Below are positions 1 through 10,200 of a stretch of DNA of 64,000 nucleotides, one piece after another; position 1 is the stretch's first letter, and the number at the start of each line of letters is the position of its first letter. A model generated the notes under the pieces. That model ran no database searches and was not told the DNA's origin. It was given only the letters and a program-made list of their open reading frames with translations. This DNA is from Candidatus Marinacidobacterium sp. (lineage in GTDB: Bacteria; Acidobacteriota; Vicinamibacteria; Marinacidobacterales; Marinacidobacteraceae), in the NCBI GenBank assembly GCA_965220965.1, contig OZ244852.1:864001-928000 (forward strand), read 5' to 3'. A program made the translations under genes and the position numbers.

Positions 1-2148
1 CAGAGCTCGGGCCTCTTCCGCGACGCGCTTCGCGTCTTCGACGACGCGGCGGCGCTCGATCCCGACGACCCGGCCCCCCGCATCGCCGCCGGGGAGCTTC
101 TCCTGTCCAAGTTCAACAGCGCCGAGGCGCTCGAGAGCTTCCAGGCGGTCCTTTCCGGGAACCCCCGGCATCCGGAGGCGCTCTTCGGTGTGGCGCGGAT
201 CCCGGCGGCGATGCGCGGCCCCCAGATCCCCGGCGCCGCGCCCGACGGGGCCGGCGGCCCCCTGGAGCGGGCGCTCGAGGCGAACCCGGTCCACCCGCCG
301 GCGCGGGCGCTCGAGATCCACCGGCTCCTCGAGGCCGGACGCCTCGAAGAAGCCCGGGCCCGGGCGGAGGATGCGGCGGAGGCGCTGCCGAAGGCCTCCG
401 AAGTCCTGGTCGCGCTCGGCGCGGTTCGGTTCGTCGGTGACGACCAGGACGCGCTGCGGGACATCGAGGCGCGATTCGTCGCGGCGTGGCCGGGCGACCC
501 GGCGTTCCACATCGGGATGGCGGAGGCGGCGGAACGCCAGCGCCTCTACCGGGAGGCGGGGGAACGGGCGAGGGCGGCGCTCGCGCTGGCGCCCGCTTCG
601 GCGGGGGCGGCGCGGCTCCTCGGGCTGAACCAGCTTCGTCTCGGCGACATCGAGGACGGCCGGCAGACCCTCGCCGCCGCCTTCGAGCGGGATCCGTTCG
701 ACGCGCTGCTCAAGAACAACCTCGACCTGCTCGACGAGCTCGCCGGGTTCGAGGCGCTGGAGGCGCCGCCGTTCGACATCGCGCTGCCCGCCGACGAGGC
801 GGAGCTTCTCGGCCCCTACGTCGCCGAGGTCGCCGCCGAGGCGCTCGAGACGTTCCGGGACCGCTACGGATTCGAGCCGCAGGAGACGATCCGGATCGAG
901 ATGTACGACCGGTCGGCGGATTTCTCGGTGCGCACCGTCGGCATCCCGGGCATCGGGGCCCACGGGGTCTGTTTCGGAGTGGTGGTCGCGATGGAGTCGC
1001 CCTCGGCGCGCGAGGTGGGGAGCTACCACTGGGCATCCACGCTGTGGCACGAGCTGGCCCATGCGGTCCACATGGGCATGACCGGCAACCGGGTTCCGCG
1101 CTGGTTCACCGAGGGCCTCAGCGTCCTTGAGGAGCGTCGCCGCTTCGGCGACGGCGCTCCGTTCCTCTTCTACGCGGCGCTTCGCGACGACCGGCTGCTC
1201 GACCTGCCGCACCTCGACGAGGGCTTCATCCGTCCGACATGGCCGGGGCAGGTGGGCGTGTCCTACTTCCACGCCTCGCTGGTGCTCGAGACGATGGAGG
1301 ACCTCTACGGCTTCGGGTCGATTCTCGCGGCGCTCAAGGGCTTCCGCGAGGGGCGCGACTTTTCGGAGACGCTCCAGGAGACCGCCGGAGTGTCCGCCGA
1401 GGAGCTCGACGAGCTGGTGGACGCGGTGATCGAGGAGCGCTACGGCGCGGCGGCCCGGAACCTCTCGCAGCCTCCGGGCCCGCGCGGCGGGGTTGGGCCG
1501 CCGGCGCCGGCGGCTCCGGCGCAAGGGGCGGTTGGCGGTCCGGACGAGCTGCTGGCGGCGGCCGACGCCGCGCCGGAGGACTTCGTGCGCCAGTTGCGCG
1601 CCGGAGCGGCGCTCGCCGAGGCCGGGCGGGACGAGGAGGCGGAGGAGCGCCTGATGCGCGCGCTGGAGATCGCCCCCGGCTACGGGGGAGCGGACGGGCC
1701 CCGGCTCTTCCTGTCGCGGATCCACGAGCGCGCCGGGCGAACCCTCGAGGCGGAGCGGGCGCTCTCGGAACATCTGGCCCGGGCGCCGGCCGCTTACGAG
1801 GAGTGGGTCCGGCTCGCCGCCTTGCGCCGCGACGCCGGCAACCTCCGCGGGGCGGCGGCCGCGCTGACCGCCGCCGGGGGGGCGTACCCGTTCTTTCCCG
1901 AGTCCCACATCCAGCTCGCGGATCTGGCGGCCGAACTCGGTGAGACCGGTCTCGAGATCAGGGAGCGCGAGGCGGTTCTCGCCTCGGGCGCTCCCGACCG
2001 CGCCGAAGCCCTCTACCGCCTGGCGCTCGCCCACGCCCGCGCCGGGGAACCGGCGAGAGCTCGTCGCCGGGTTCTCGAGGCGCTCGAGATCGCGCCGACC
2101 TACGACCCGGCGCTGCGGCTGCTGGTGGATCTCCGGAGCGCGCGATGA
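1..2148 (+). CDS. TPR-repeat protein with peptidase MA-like (HExxH) domain, 5' end outside window
   Basis: Frame is open from base 1 (QSSGLFRDAL...). Ala/Leu-rich TPR-like helices flank WHELAHAVH...VPRWFTEG, a gluzincin-like motif. Stop overlaps the next ATG (ATGA). Confidence 0.8.
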   Translation, partial: QSSGLFRDALRVFDDAAALDPDDPAPRIAAGELLLSKFNSAEALESFQAVLSGNPRHPEALFGVARIPAAMRGPQIPGAAPDGAGGPLERALEANPVHPPARALEIHRLLEAGRLEEARARAEDAAEALPKASEVLVALGAVRFVGDDQDALRDIEARFVAAWPGDPAFHIGMAEAAERQRLYREAGERARAALALAPASAGAARLLGLNQLRLGDIEDGRQTLAAAFERDPFDALLKNNLDLLDELAGFEALEAPPFDIALPADEAELLGPYVAEVAAEALETFRDRYGFEPQETIRIEMYDRSADFSVRTVGIPGIGAHGVCFGVVVAMESPSAREVGSYHWASTLWHELAHAVHMGMTGNRVPRWFTEGLSVLEERRRFGDGAPFLFYAALRDDRLLDLPHLDEGFIRPTWPGQVGVSYFHASLVLETMEDLYGFGSILAALKGFREGRDFSETLQETAGVSAEELDELVDAVIEERYGAAARNLSQPPGPRGGVGPPAPAAPAQGAVGGPDELLAAADAAPEDFVRQLRAGAALAEAGRDEEAEERLMRALEIAPGYGGADGPRLFLSRIHERAGRTLEAERALSEHLARAPAAYEEWVRLAALRRDAGNLRGAAAALTAAGGAYPFFPESHIQLADLAAELGETGLEIREREAVLASGAPDRAEALYRLALAHARAGEPARARRRVLEALEIAPTYDPALRLLVDLRSAR

Positions 2149-3014
2149 GACCCCGGCTCGTCGTCGTCGCGGTGGTCGCCGCCCTGCTCGTCGGCGCCGG
2201 CGGTCTGGTCGCGGCGGGCTGGGCCACCGCCGGCTGGAGCGTGGCCGGGCTGCCCGGAATCGGGGTGGCCGGATCCGGCGCCGACGAGCTGACCGCGACC
2301 TTCCGCCCCGATCCGAACGCTGTAGAGCTGCCTCTCGACTACGAGAACCGGCGCTACGACGATGAGTTCACCTTCGCGCGCATCCGGTTCGAGCCGCCCG
2401 CCTACCGCCGGGGCCGGTTCTACTGGGGCCTCGACCTGAAGTGGAACCACGACTACCCCTGGGGCGAGGAGAACCTTGCGCTCATCCTCTCCGAGTACAC
2501 GTCGATCCAGGTGAAGCAGGGCGTGGGGGATATCTGGTCCCTCAACGAGCCCGAACTCTTCCGCCGTCCCTTCGCCTACCTCTGCGAGGTGGGGTTCTGG
2601 CATCCGAGCCCGCAGGAGGCCGAGAACCTGCGGGCCTGGCTCCTCAAGGGGGGCTTCCTCGTCGTGGACGACTTCTTCGAGCCGTTCGCGCTCGGGAACT
2701 TTCTCGAGCAGATGGAGCTGGTTCTGCCCGGCTACGATGCGGTGAGGCTGGACGTGACCCATCCGGTCTTCGACTCCTTCTTCCACATCGAGACCCTCGA
2801 TTTCGAGCACCCGGGGCTGCCCCACCTCGTTCCCGAGTACTACGGTTTCTTCGAGGACAACGATCCGACCCGGCGACTCATGCTGATCGCCAACTACAAC
2901 CACGACATCGGCGACTACTGGGAGCACTCGGGGAGCGACTTCTGGCCGGTCGCGCTGACGAACGAGGCGTTCAAGTTCGGTGTCAACTACGTCATCTACG
3001 GGATGACGCACTGA
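2145..3014 (+). CDS. DUF4159 domain protein, N-terminal signal/TM
   Basis: FTFARIRF, WNHDYP, LRAWLLKGGFLVVDDF, HPVFDSFF and FGVNYVIYGMTH motifs; usual position upstream of MoxR. Confidence 0.8.
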   Translation: MRPRLVVVAVVAALLVGAGGLVAAGWATAGWSVAGLPGIGVAGSGADELTATFRPDPNAVELPLDYENRRYDDEFTFARIRFEPPAYRRGRFYWGLDLKWNHDYPWGEENLALILSEYTSIQVKQGVGDIWSLNEPELFRRPFAYLCEVGFWHPSPQEAENLRAWLLKGGFLVVDDFFEPFALGNFLEQMELVLPGYDAVRLDVTHPVFDSFFHIETLDFEHPGLPHLVPEYYGFFEDNDPTRRLMLIANYNHDIGDYWEHSGSDFWPVALTNEAFKFGVNYVIYGMTH

Positions 3015-3044
3015 CGGGCCCTGAGCCCGGACAAGGAGATCTCC

Positions 3045-4136
3045 TTGACTGAAGACGCAAGGGAAGCCGGCGGCGCCGCGCTCGCCGCCGCCCCCGACGA
3101 GACCGCGATCGAGGCTCCCGCCGGGGGGGCCCTCACCGTGTCCGACGCCGATATCGCCGGACAACTGCGGGACGCCACCGAGCGGATCACCGCCGAGATC
3201 GGCAAGCGGATCATCGGCCAGGAGACAGCGCTCGAGCAGGTCCTCATCAGCCTCTTCGTCGGGGGCAACAGCATCATCACCGGCGTTCCCGGCCTCGCCA
3301 AGACGCTCATCGTGCAGACGCTCTCCGAGGTGCTGTCGCTCGATTTCCGGCGCATCCAGTTCACCCCGGACCTGATGCCCTCGGACATCACCGGCACCGA
3401 CATCATCCAGGAGAACCCCGAGACCGGGAAGCGGAACCTGGTCTTCGTGAAGGGCCCGGTCTTCTCGAACATCGTGCTGGCGGACGAAATCAACCGGACG
3501 CCTCCGAAGACGCAGTCGGCGCTCCTGGAGGCGATGCAGGAGCACCAGGTCACGGTGCAGGGCCGGACCTACCCGCTCCCCGAGCCCTACTTCGTCTTCG
3601 CCACGCAGAACCCCATCGAGCTCGAGGGGACCTACCCGCTCCCCGAGGCCCAGCTCGACCGTTTCCTGTTCAACATCATCATCGACTACCTGCCGGTGGA
3701 GCAGGAACGCGAGGTCGTGCGCGAGACGACCTCGGACGAGACCGCCGAGCTCCGGCAGGTCCTCTCCGGCGAGCAGATCGTCGAGTTCCAGCATCTGGTC
3801 CGCCGGGTGCCGGTGACCGATGCGGTGCTGGCCTACGCGGTGGATCTGGCGCGGCGCACCCGGCCCGGATCGTCGGCGGCGCCGGCGTTCATCCGCGAGC
3901 AGGTGGAGTACGGCGCGAGCGTCCGGGCGGCCCAGTTCGCCATCCTCGCCGGGAAGGCGCGCGCGCTCATGCGGGGCCGTCATCACGTGGCGGTCGAGGA
4001 CATCCGCGCGCTCGCCGCGCCCATCTTCCGCCACCGCATCCTGCCCAGCTTCCAGGCGCGGGCCGAGAAGATCGACTCCGAGGCGATCATCGCCCGCGTT
4101 CTCGAGGAGACGCCGCTCCCGGCGTCCCGGATGTAG
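3045..4136 (+). CDS. moxR: MoxR family AAA+ ATPase
   Basis: GVPGLAKT Walker A, RIQFTPDLMPSDITG, LADEINRTPPKTQSALLEAMQE, ATQNPIELEGTYPLPEAQLDRF. TTG start is uncertain. Confidence 0.92.
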   Translation: MTEDAREAGGAALAAAPDETAIEAPAGGALTVSDADIAGQLRDATERITAEIGKRIIGQETALEQVLISLFVGGNSIITGVPGLAKTLIVQTLSEVLSLDFRRIQFTPDLMPSDITGTDIIQENPETGKRNLVFVKGPVFSNIVLADEINRTPPKTQSALLEAMQEHQVTVQGRTYPLPEPYFVFATQNPIELEGTYPLPEAQLDRFLFNIIIDYLPVEQEREVVRETTSDETAELRQVLSGEQIVEFQHLVRRVPVTDAVLAYAVDLARRTRPGSSAAPAFIREQVEYGASVRAAQFAILAGKARALMRGRHHVAVEDIRALAAPIFRHRILPSFQARAEKIDSEAIIARVLEETPLPASRM

Positions 4137-4188
4137 GAATCGGGCTTGAACTCCAGCGCTCGTCGGCGCGCGGTATCCGCGAGGAACG

Positions 4189-5142
4189 ATGGATAGCGCC
4201 CGGTTCGTGGACCCGGTCGCGCTCGCGCGGATCGGCAACCTGTCGCTGGTGGCCCGGATGGTCGTCCAGGGGTTCATCAGCGGGCTTCACCGCTCCTCGG
4301 TTCTGGGCCGCTCGATCGACTTCGCCGAGCACCGGCCCTACATGCCGGGGGACGACATCCGCCGCCTCGACTGGCGGCTGTTCGCACGCTCCGACCGGTT
4401 CCACGTGAAGGAGTTCGAGGCGGACACCAACGCCAACTTCGTGGTGGCGCTCGACGCTTCGCGCTCGATGGACTACGGCCTCGCCGGCGCCAGAAAACTC
4501 GACTACGCCCGGATGCTGGCGGGCAGCCTGACGGCCTTCTCCCGCTCGCAGCGCGACCGGGTGGGCCTCGGGGTGTTCGACGACGACCTGCTCGAGTTCG
4601 TCCCGCCGTCGGCCCGCCATCTGGACACCGTGCTCGAGCATCTGGCGCGCGCGGAGCCTCCCCCGGGCGCCGCCTCGGGCGGGGAGGGGTCGCGGCTCTC
4701 CCGGCCGCTCCGGAGCCTGGGGGCCGCGCTCGGCCGGCGAGGCCTGGTGGCGGTCGTCTCTGACCTCTACGAGTCGCCGGAGGACATCCTCACCGCGTTC
4801 GACGCGCTGCGGGCCACCGGCCACGACCTTATGGTCTTCCACGTCCTCGACCCCTCCGAGCTGGACCTCGATCTGAGCGGAACCCCCGGCTTCGAGGAGT
4901 CGGGCGCGCGGTTCCAGGATCTGGAGTCCGGCGCGGTGCTCGACCTGTCCCCCTCGAAAGCGCGCGCCGCCTATCGGTCCGCGATGGAGGAGCACATCGC
5001 CGAGTTGCGCGCCGGCTTCGGCCGCGCCGGCGTGGACTACATCCTGACGGACACTTCGGTCCCGCTCGACTTCGTGCTGTTCCGCTATCTCGTCGAGCGC
5101 GAGAACCGGATCGGCGCCCGGAGAGGGGCCCAGCGGCAGTGA
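4189..5142 (+). CDS. DUF58 domain protein (MoxR-associated, VWA-like)
   Basis: GLHRS..G.SIDFAEHRPYMPGDDIRRLDW, DASRSM, VVSDLY. Confidence 0.9.
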   Translation: MDSARFVDPVALARIGNLSLVARMVVQGFISGLHRSSVLGRSIDFAEHRPYMPGDDIRRLDWRLFARSDRFHVKEFEADTNANFVVALDASRSMDYGLAGARKLDYARMLAGSLTAFSRSQRDRVGLGVFDDDLLEFVPPSARHLDTVLEHLARAEPPPGAASGGEGSRLSRPLRSLGAALGRRGLVAVVSDLYESPEDILTAFDALRATGHDLMVFHVLDPSELDLDLSGTPGFEESGARFQDLESGAVLDLSPSKARAAYRSAMEEHIAELRAGFGRAGVDYILTDTSVPLDFVLFRYLVERENRIGARRGAQRQ

Positions 5143-7214
5143 GTTTCCTCGCCCCCCTCTTCCTGCTCGGCGGCCTGCTCGTCGCGCTCCCCATCGTCCT
5201 GCATCTGACGCGGCGGCGCCGCGAGCCGATCCCGTTCCCGTCGTTCCTGCTGCTCCGCGCCACGGCGGCCACCGCCCGCTGGAAGCGCCGGCGGTTCCGC
5301 CACATCCCGCTCCTGATCCTGCGCTGCCTCGCGCTCGCGCTCATCGCCGCCGCCTTCGCCCGGCCGCTGATGGAGCGGGACGAGACGGATCCGGCCAGCG
5401 CCGCGGCGCCGCTGGACCTCGCAGTGCTGCTCGACCGCTCGGCGAGCATGGCGATCCCGGGGCGCATGGACGCGGCGCGGGCGGCCGCGCTCGAGGAGCT
5501 CGGCGCGCTCGGCCGCGGAGACCGCGCGCTCGTCGCCTCCTTCGCCGACCGGGCGGTGGGGCTCTCGGAACTCACCGAGGACATCGACGCGCTCCGCGCT
5601 GAAGTCGACCGGATCGTCCCCGGCGACGGCGCCACCCGGTTCTCGGCGGCGCTCGGCCTCGCCGGAAGACTGCTCCCCGCAACCCGCGGCCGGCGGCGGG
5701 AGGTCGTGTTGATTTCCGACCTGCAGCGCACCGGTTTCGAGGACGGGATCCCGTCCCCGAGCCTGCCGCCGGGCGTCGGGCTTCGCGTCCGCCGGGTCGG
5801 AGGCGAGCCGCCGCGCAACCTCGGGGTTCGCGAGGTCCAGGTCGCGGCCGACGGCGGAGATCGGATCGCGGTCACCGCCTCGCTCCAGGTCGCCGGCGTC
5901 GCACCGGAGGAGACGGTCGAGGCCACGGCGGAGCTTTGGGTCGCGGGCGAGGCGGTGGACCGGCAGACGGTTTCGCTCGCCGGGGACCGCGCCGCGAGCG
6001 TGCGGTTTGCCTCGACCCCCGCGCCCACCGAGGCGCGCGAGGCCGAGGTCCGGCTGCCCGAAGATGCGTTCGCCGCGGACAACCGGTTGCGGTTCGTGAT
6101 CCCGAGCGAGGCCGCGCTTCCGGTCACCGATCTCGGGGACGCGGACGCGCTCCACGTCCGTGAGGCGCTCGCGGTCGGGGTCGCTCCGGCCTTCGCGGTG
6201 TCCTCGGGACCGCTTCGGGGCGAGTCGGCGGTGGGCGCGGCGCTCGGCGGCGCCCGCGCGGCGCTCCTTCGGGATCCGGGTCGGCTGGACACCGGGGGCG
6301 CCCGCGCCGTGGCCGATTTCGTGCGCGGCGGCGGCGGAGTCGTGGCGGCGGTCGGATCCCGACGCATCCCGGATGCGGTGTGGGCGGAGCTCGAGGGGGT
6401 GTTTCCGGCGGCGGTCGGCGGCGTCGTGGACCGGGAGCCCGCCGGGCGCATCGGCGAGCTGAGCCGGCACCCGGTGTTCGCTCCGTTCACCGGGGAAGCG
6501 GCGTCTTCGCTGTCCCGCTCCGCGGTGTACCGCTACCGGGCGCTCTCCGAGCTGGCGGAAGGCGTCGAGACGCTGGCCCGCTTCGACGACGGCCGCCCGG
6601 CGCTTCTTTCGCGACGGACCGGAGAGGGGGTCGTCCTGCTGTTCGCCTCCTCGCTGGACGCCCGCTGGAACGATCTGCCGCGCCGACCGGCGTTCGTGCC
6701 GTTCCTGCACCGGATGGTGGAAGTGGCGGCCCGCCACGAGCGCCTCCCGGTGGCCTATCGGGTGGGCGACAGCGTCGAGCCGGTCCGGGCGTTCGGGTTG
6801 TCCGCGCCCGACGGCGACGCCGAGGTCCTCGTCGAGTCCCCCTCCGGCGAACGGGTCGTGATCCCGGACGCCGGCGCGCTGCGGATGGAGGAGGCCGGGT
6901 TCTTCCGCGGCCGGCGGACCGGCGCGGTGGGCGGAGCCCCGATTGCGGCGAACCCCGCTCCCGGGGAGGCCGACCTGCGGGTCTTCGACGTCGAGGAGGT
7001 TCGCCTCGGGGCGGCGGCGCGGGGGGTGGAGGCTGGTCCGGAGGGCGAGGCGGACGCCGCCGCGGACGCCGGATTCCTCCCGGGGACTCCGCTCTGGTGG
7101 GCGCTCCTCGTGGTCCTCGGCTTGCTCCTCGTGGTCGAGGTCATGACCGCGAACCGTTTCACGCCGTCGCGCGCCCGCGCCGGGCGCGATCCCGGCTCCT
7201 ATACTGTGGCCTGA
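5139..7214 (+). CDS. BatA-domain / VWA membrane protein
   Basis: N-terminal MSFLAPLFLLG..LPIVLHL...FPS..LL...LALIAAAFARP (BatA); MIDAS DRSASM; C-terminal TM (LWWALLVVLGLLLVVE). Confidence 0.85.
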   Translation: MSFLAPLFLLGGLLVALPIVLHLTRRRREPIPFPSFLLLRATAATARWKRRRFRHIPLLILRCLALALIAAAFARPLMERDETDPASAAAPLDLAVLLDRSASMAIPGRMDAARAAALEELGALGRGDRALVASFADRAVGLSELTEDIDALRAEVDRIVPGDGATRFSAALGLAGRLLPATRGRRREVVLISDLQRTGFEDGIPSPSLPPGVGLRVRRVGGEPPRNLGVREVQVAADGGDRIAVTASLQVAGVAPEETVEATAELWVAGEAVDRQTVSLAGDRAASVRFASTPAPTEAREAEVRLPEDAFAADNRLRFVIPSEAALPVTDLGDADALHVREALAVGVAPAFAVSSGPLRGESAVGAALGGARAALLRDPGRLDTGGARAVADFVRGGGGVVAAVGSRRIPDAVWAELEGVFPAAVGGVVDREPAGRIGELSRHPVFAPFTGEAASSLSRSAVYRYRALSELAEGVETLARFDDGRPALLSRRTGEGVVLLFASSLDARWNDLPRRPAFVPFLHRMVEVAARHERLPVAYRVGDSVEPVRAFGLSAPDGDAEVLVESPSGERVVIPDAGALRMEEAGFFRGRRTGAVGGAPIAANPAPGEADLRVFDVEEVRLGAAARGVEAGPEGEADAAADAGFLPGTPLWWALLVVLGLLLVVEVMTANRFTPSRARAGRDPGSYTVA

Positions 7215-7235
7215 CCGGCAAGGAGCGCCCCTTCC

Positions 7236-10200
7236 ATGGAGACCCTCGGGCTCGACCCCACTCCCCGCAGTCCTTTCGAACCGACGCCCGGGGAGCGGTA
7301 TGAGGAGCTGATCCGGGTCATCCGGCGCGTGCGCTCGCGCTGGCGCACCCGGCGGCTGCTCCTCGGCGGCGCGGCGCTCGCGGTGGCGGGGGTGGTGCTG
7401 GTCGGCGGTTCGTCGGCCATCCTCGAGGCGGCGCGCTATGCGCCGTGGGCGGTCCGGGGGCTCGCGGCGCTGACCTGGACGCTGCTCGCCATCGCGGTCT
7501 GGCGGTTCGTTGCGAGGCCGCTCCGCTCCCGGGTGAGCGACCGGCGGGTCGCGCTCTACGTCGAGGAGCACGACCCGACGCTTCGCGAGGCGGTCATCAG
7601 CGGCGTCGAGCTGGGGAAGGAGCTCGACCACAAGGGAGGGGCGAGGCCGGGGTTCTCCCCGGAGCTGACCCGGCTGGTCGTCGAGGAGGCGATCCGGCGC
7701 TGTGAGGAGATGGACGCCGGCCGGAACATCGAGACCGGCGGCCTCCGCCGCGCCGCGGGCGCGCTCGCCACCGCGGTGGGCGTGGCCTTCGTGGCCTCCA
7801 TCCTCGCGCCGTCCGACCTCTGGCGCGGGGTTTCGCTGCTGGTCGCTCCCTGGGGGGACATCGACGACCGGAACCCCTACCGGGTTCTCGTCGAGCCGGG
7901 CGATGCGGCGATCGCGCGGGGATCCGACATGTGGATCTCGGCGACCCTCGAGGGCTTCGACACCGAGAGGGTGGATCTCCACCTCCAGGCGGCGGACGGG
8001 GAAGGCTGGGAGGTCCTCGGGATGACTCCGGACCCCGAAGCGGGCGGGTTCCGCCATCTGCTGCTTGGCGTGCCGGAGGCCACCGATTACTTCGTCGACG
8101 CCGATGGCGTCCGGTCCCCGACCTTCCGGATCGAGGTTGAGGACGCGCCCTACGTGGCGCGCATCGGGGTGCGCTACGAGTATCCGGCGCACACCGGGCT
8201 GACGCCGCGCGAGGTCGAAGAGGGCGGCGACCTGGTCGCGGTCGGGGGCACCCGGGTCACGCTCCACGTGGAGTCGACGATCCCGGCGTCCAGCGGCGTG
8301 CTGCGGCTGGATCCGGGTGAAGAAGAGCTGCCGCTCGTTCCGGTGGCGCCCGACGAAGAGGCCGCGCCGGCCGGAAGCCGTCCGGCGATGACCGCCGAAC
8401 TCGTGCTGCGCGAGAGCGGCGCCTACCGGATCTCGCTCGCCGGCCCGGATGGCGCGCTCCGGACCGCCTCGCGCGACTACCGCATCGAGGTGCTGGAGGA
8501 TCTCCCCCCGATCGTCCGGTTCCTGCGGCCCGGAAGGGATCTGACCTCGAGTCCGGTGGAGGAGGTCTTCACCGAGGTCGCCGCCGAGGACGACTTCGCG
8601 CTGGACCGGGTCGAGATCCGGCTCTCGGTCAACGGGGGAGAGGAGAGCGGGTTCGTGCTGGCTTCGGGCGGCGCCCGTTCCGAAGTCCAGTCGGGGCACA
8701 CCATCTTCCTCGAGGAGCACGACCTCGTTCCCGGGGATCTCGTCTCGTATTACGCGCTGGCGCGCGACGGGGCCGGCGCCGAGTCCTCGACCGACATGTA
8801 TTTCGTGGCGGTGCGGCCGTTCGACCGGACCTACCGCCAGGCGGATGCGATGCCCGGCGGTGGGGGCGGCGCCGGTGGCGGGGAAGGGCTCGACGGGACG
8901 CTCACCCTGCGGCAGCGGCAGATCGTGGTGGCGACCTTCAAGGTGCTGCGCGACCGCGAGCGGATGACCGACGCGGCGGTTTCGGAGACGGTCGCCACGC
9001 TCGGGCTCGCCCAGGGCCGGCTCCGCGAGCAGGTCGGCACGCTGAACCGGCGGCTCCAGAACCGCGGCATCGGCCTCTCGCCGGAGTTCGGCGAGATCGT
9101 CCAGCACCTCGACGCCGGGCTCATCGAGATGACAGCCGCCGAGGAGTCCCTGGTCGGCGGCGACCCGGAGGCCGCGCTCCCGAGGGAACAGAAGGCCTTG
9201 ACCCACCTGCAGCGCGCCGACGCAGTGTTCCGGGATGTCCAGGTCGCCTTCAACCAGGGCGGCGGTGGAGGCGGTGGCGGCGGCGCTCCGCCCCAGGCGG
9301 AGGATCTGGCCGATCTCTTCGAGCTCGAGATGGACAAGCTCCGGAACCAGTACGAGACGGTGGAGCAGTCCCAGCGGGCTTCGTCCGACAACGAGGTGGA
9401 CGAGATCCTCGAACGGCTCGCGGAGCTGGCGCGCCGTCAGGAGCAGGAGAACGAGCGGCTCCGCCGGGGCATGCAGGCGCCTCCCGGCGCGGGCGGCGGC
9501 AACGGGCAGGATCAGCTCGCCGCCGAGACCGAGGACATGGCCCGCCGGCTGGAGCGCCTCGCCCGTGAGCGGTCCCGTCCGGACCTCGCGGCCGTCTCCC
9601 GGCGCCTGCGGGAAGCGGCCTCGGAGATGCGGGCGGCGAACAGCCGGAACCCCGGCGAGGGCCTCGAGAGCGGCATGTCGGCCGCCAGTTCGCTGCGCGG
9701 CGCGCGGCGCGATCTGGACCGCGGGCGGCGGGATCGTCTCGCTCGCGACGTGGAGTCCGCCGAGGAGGAGGCCAAGCGCCTCCGGTCGGCGCAGGACCGG
9801 ATCCGTTCGGCGGTGCAGGATCTCGAGGGCGAGCGGACCCGCCAGGCCGTCGACGCGATCTCGGAGCAGAAGGAAGAGCTTGTGGAGCGCGTCCAGGATC
9901 TGGAGCGGCGCCTCGACGAGGTCAGCCGCGACTGGAGCGGCGACGAGCCCGAGGCCGCGCGCGCGGTGGGCGCCGCCGCCGACGGCATCCGCGACCGGAA
10001 ACTGAAGGAGAAGATCCACTACTCCCGGGGGGTGGCCGCCCAGCGCTCGACCGACTACGCCGACCAGTTCGAGGAGATGATCGGCCGCGACCTCGAGGCG
10101 CTCGAGGAAGATCTCGCCTCCGCGCGCCGCGCGGTCGAGGGCTCGGACCGGGCGGAGCAGGATTCGGTGCTCGAGCGCGCCGAGTCGCTGGTGCGCGGTC

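Noticed and set aside
3565-3647. 20-nt exact direct repeat GGACCTACCCGCTCCCCGAG
   Set aside because: It encodes TYPLPE twice inside MoxR with biased codons. Only two copies, so neither CRISPR nor an att site.
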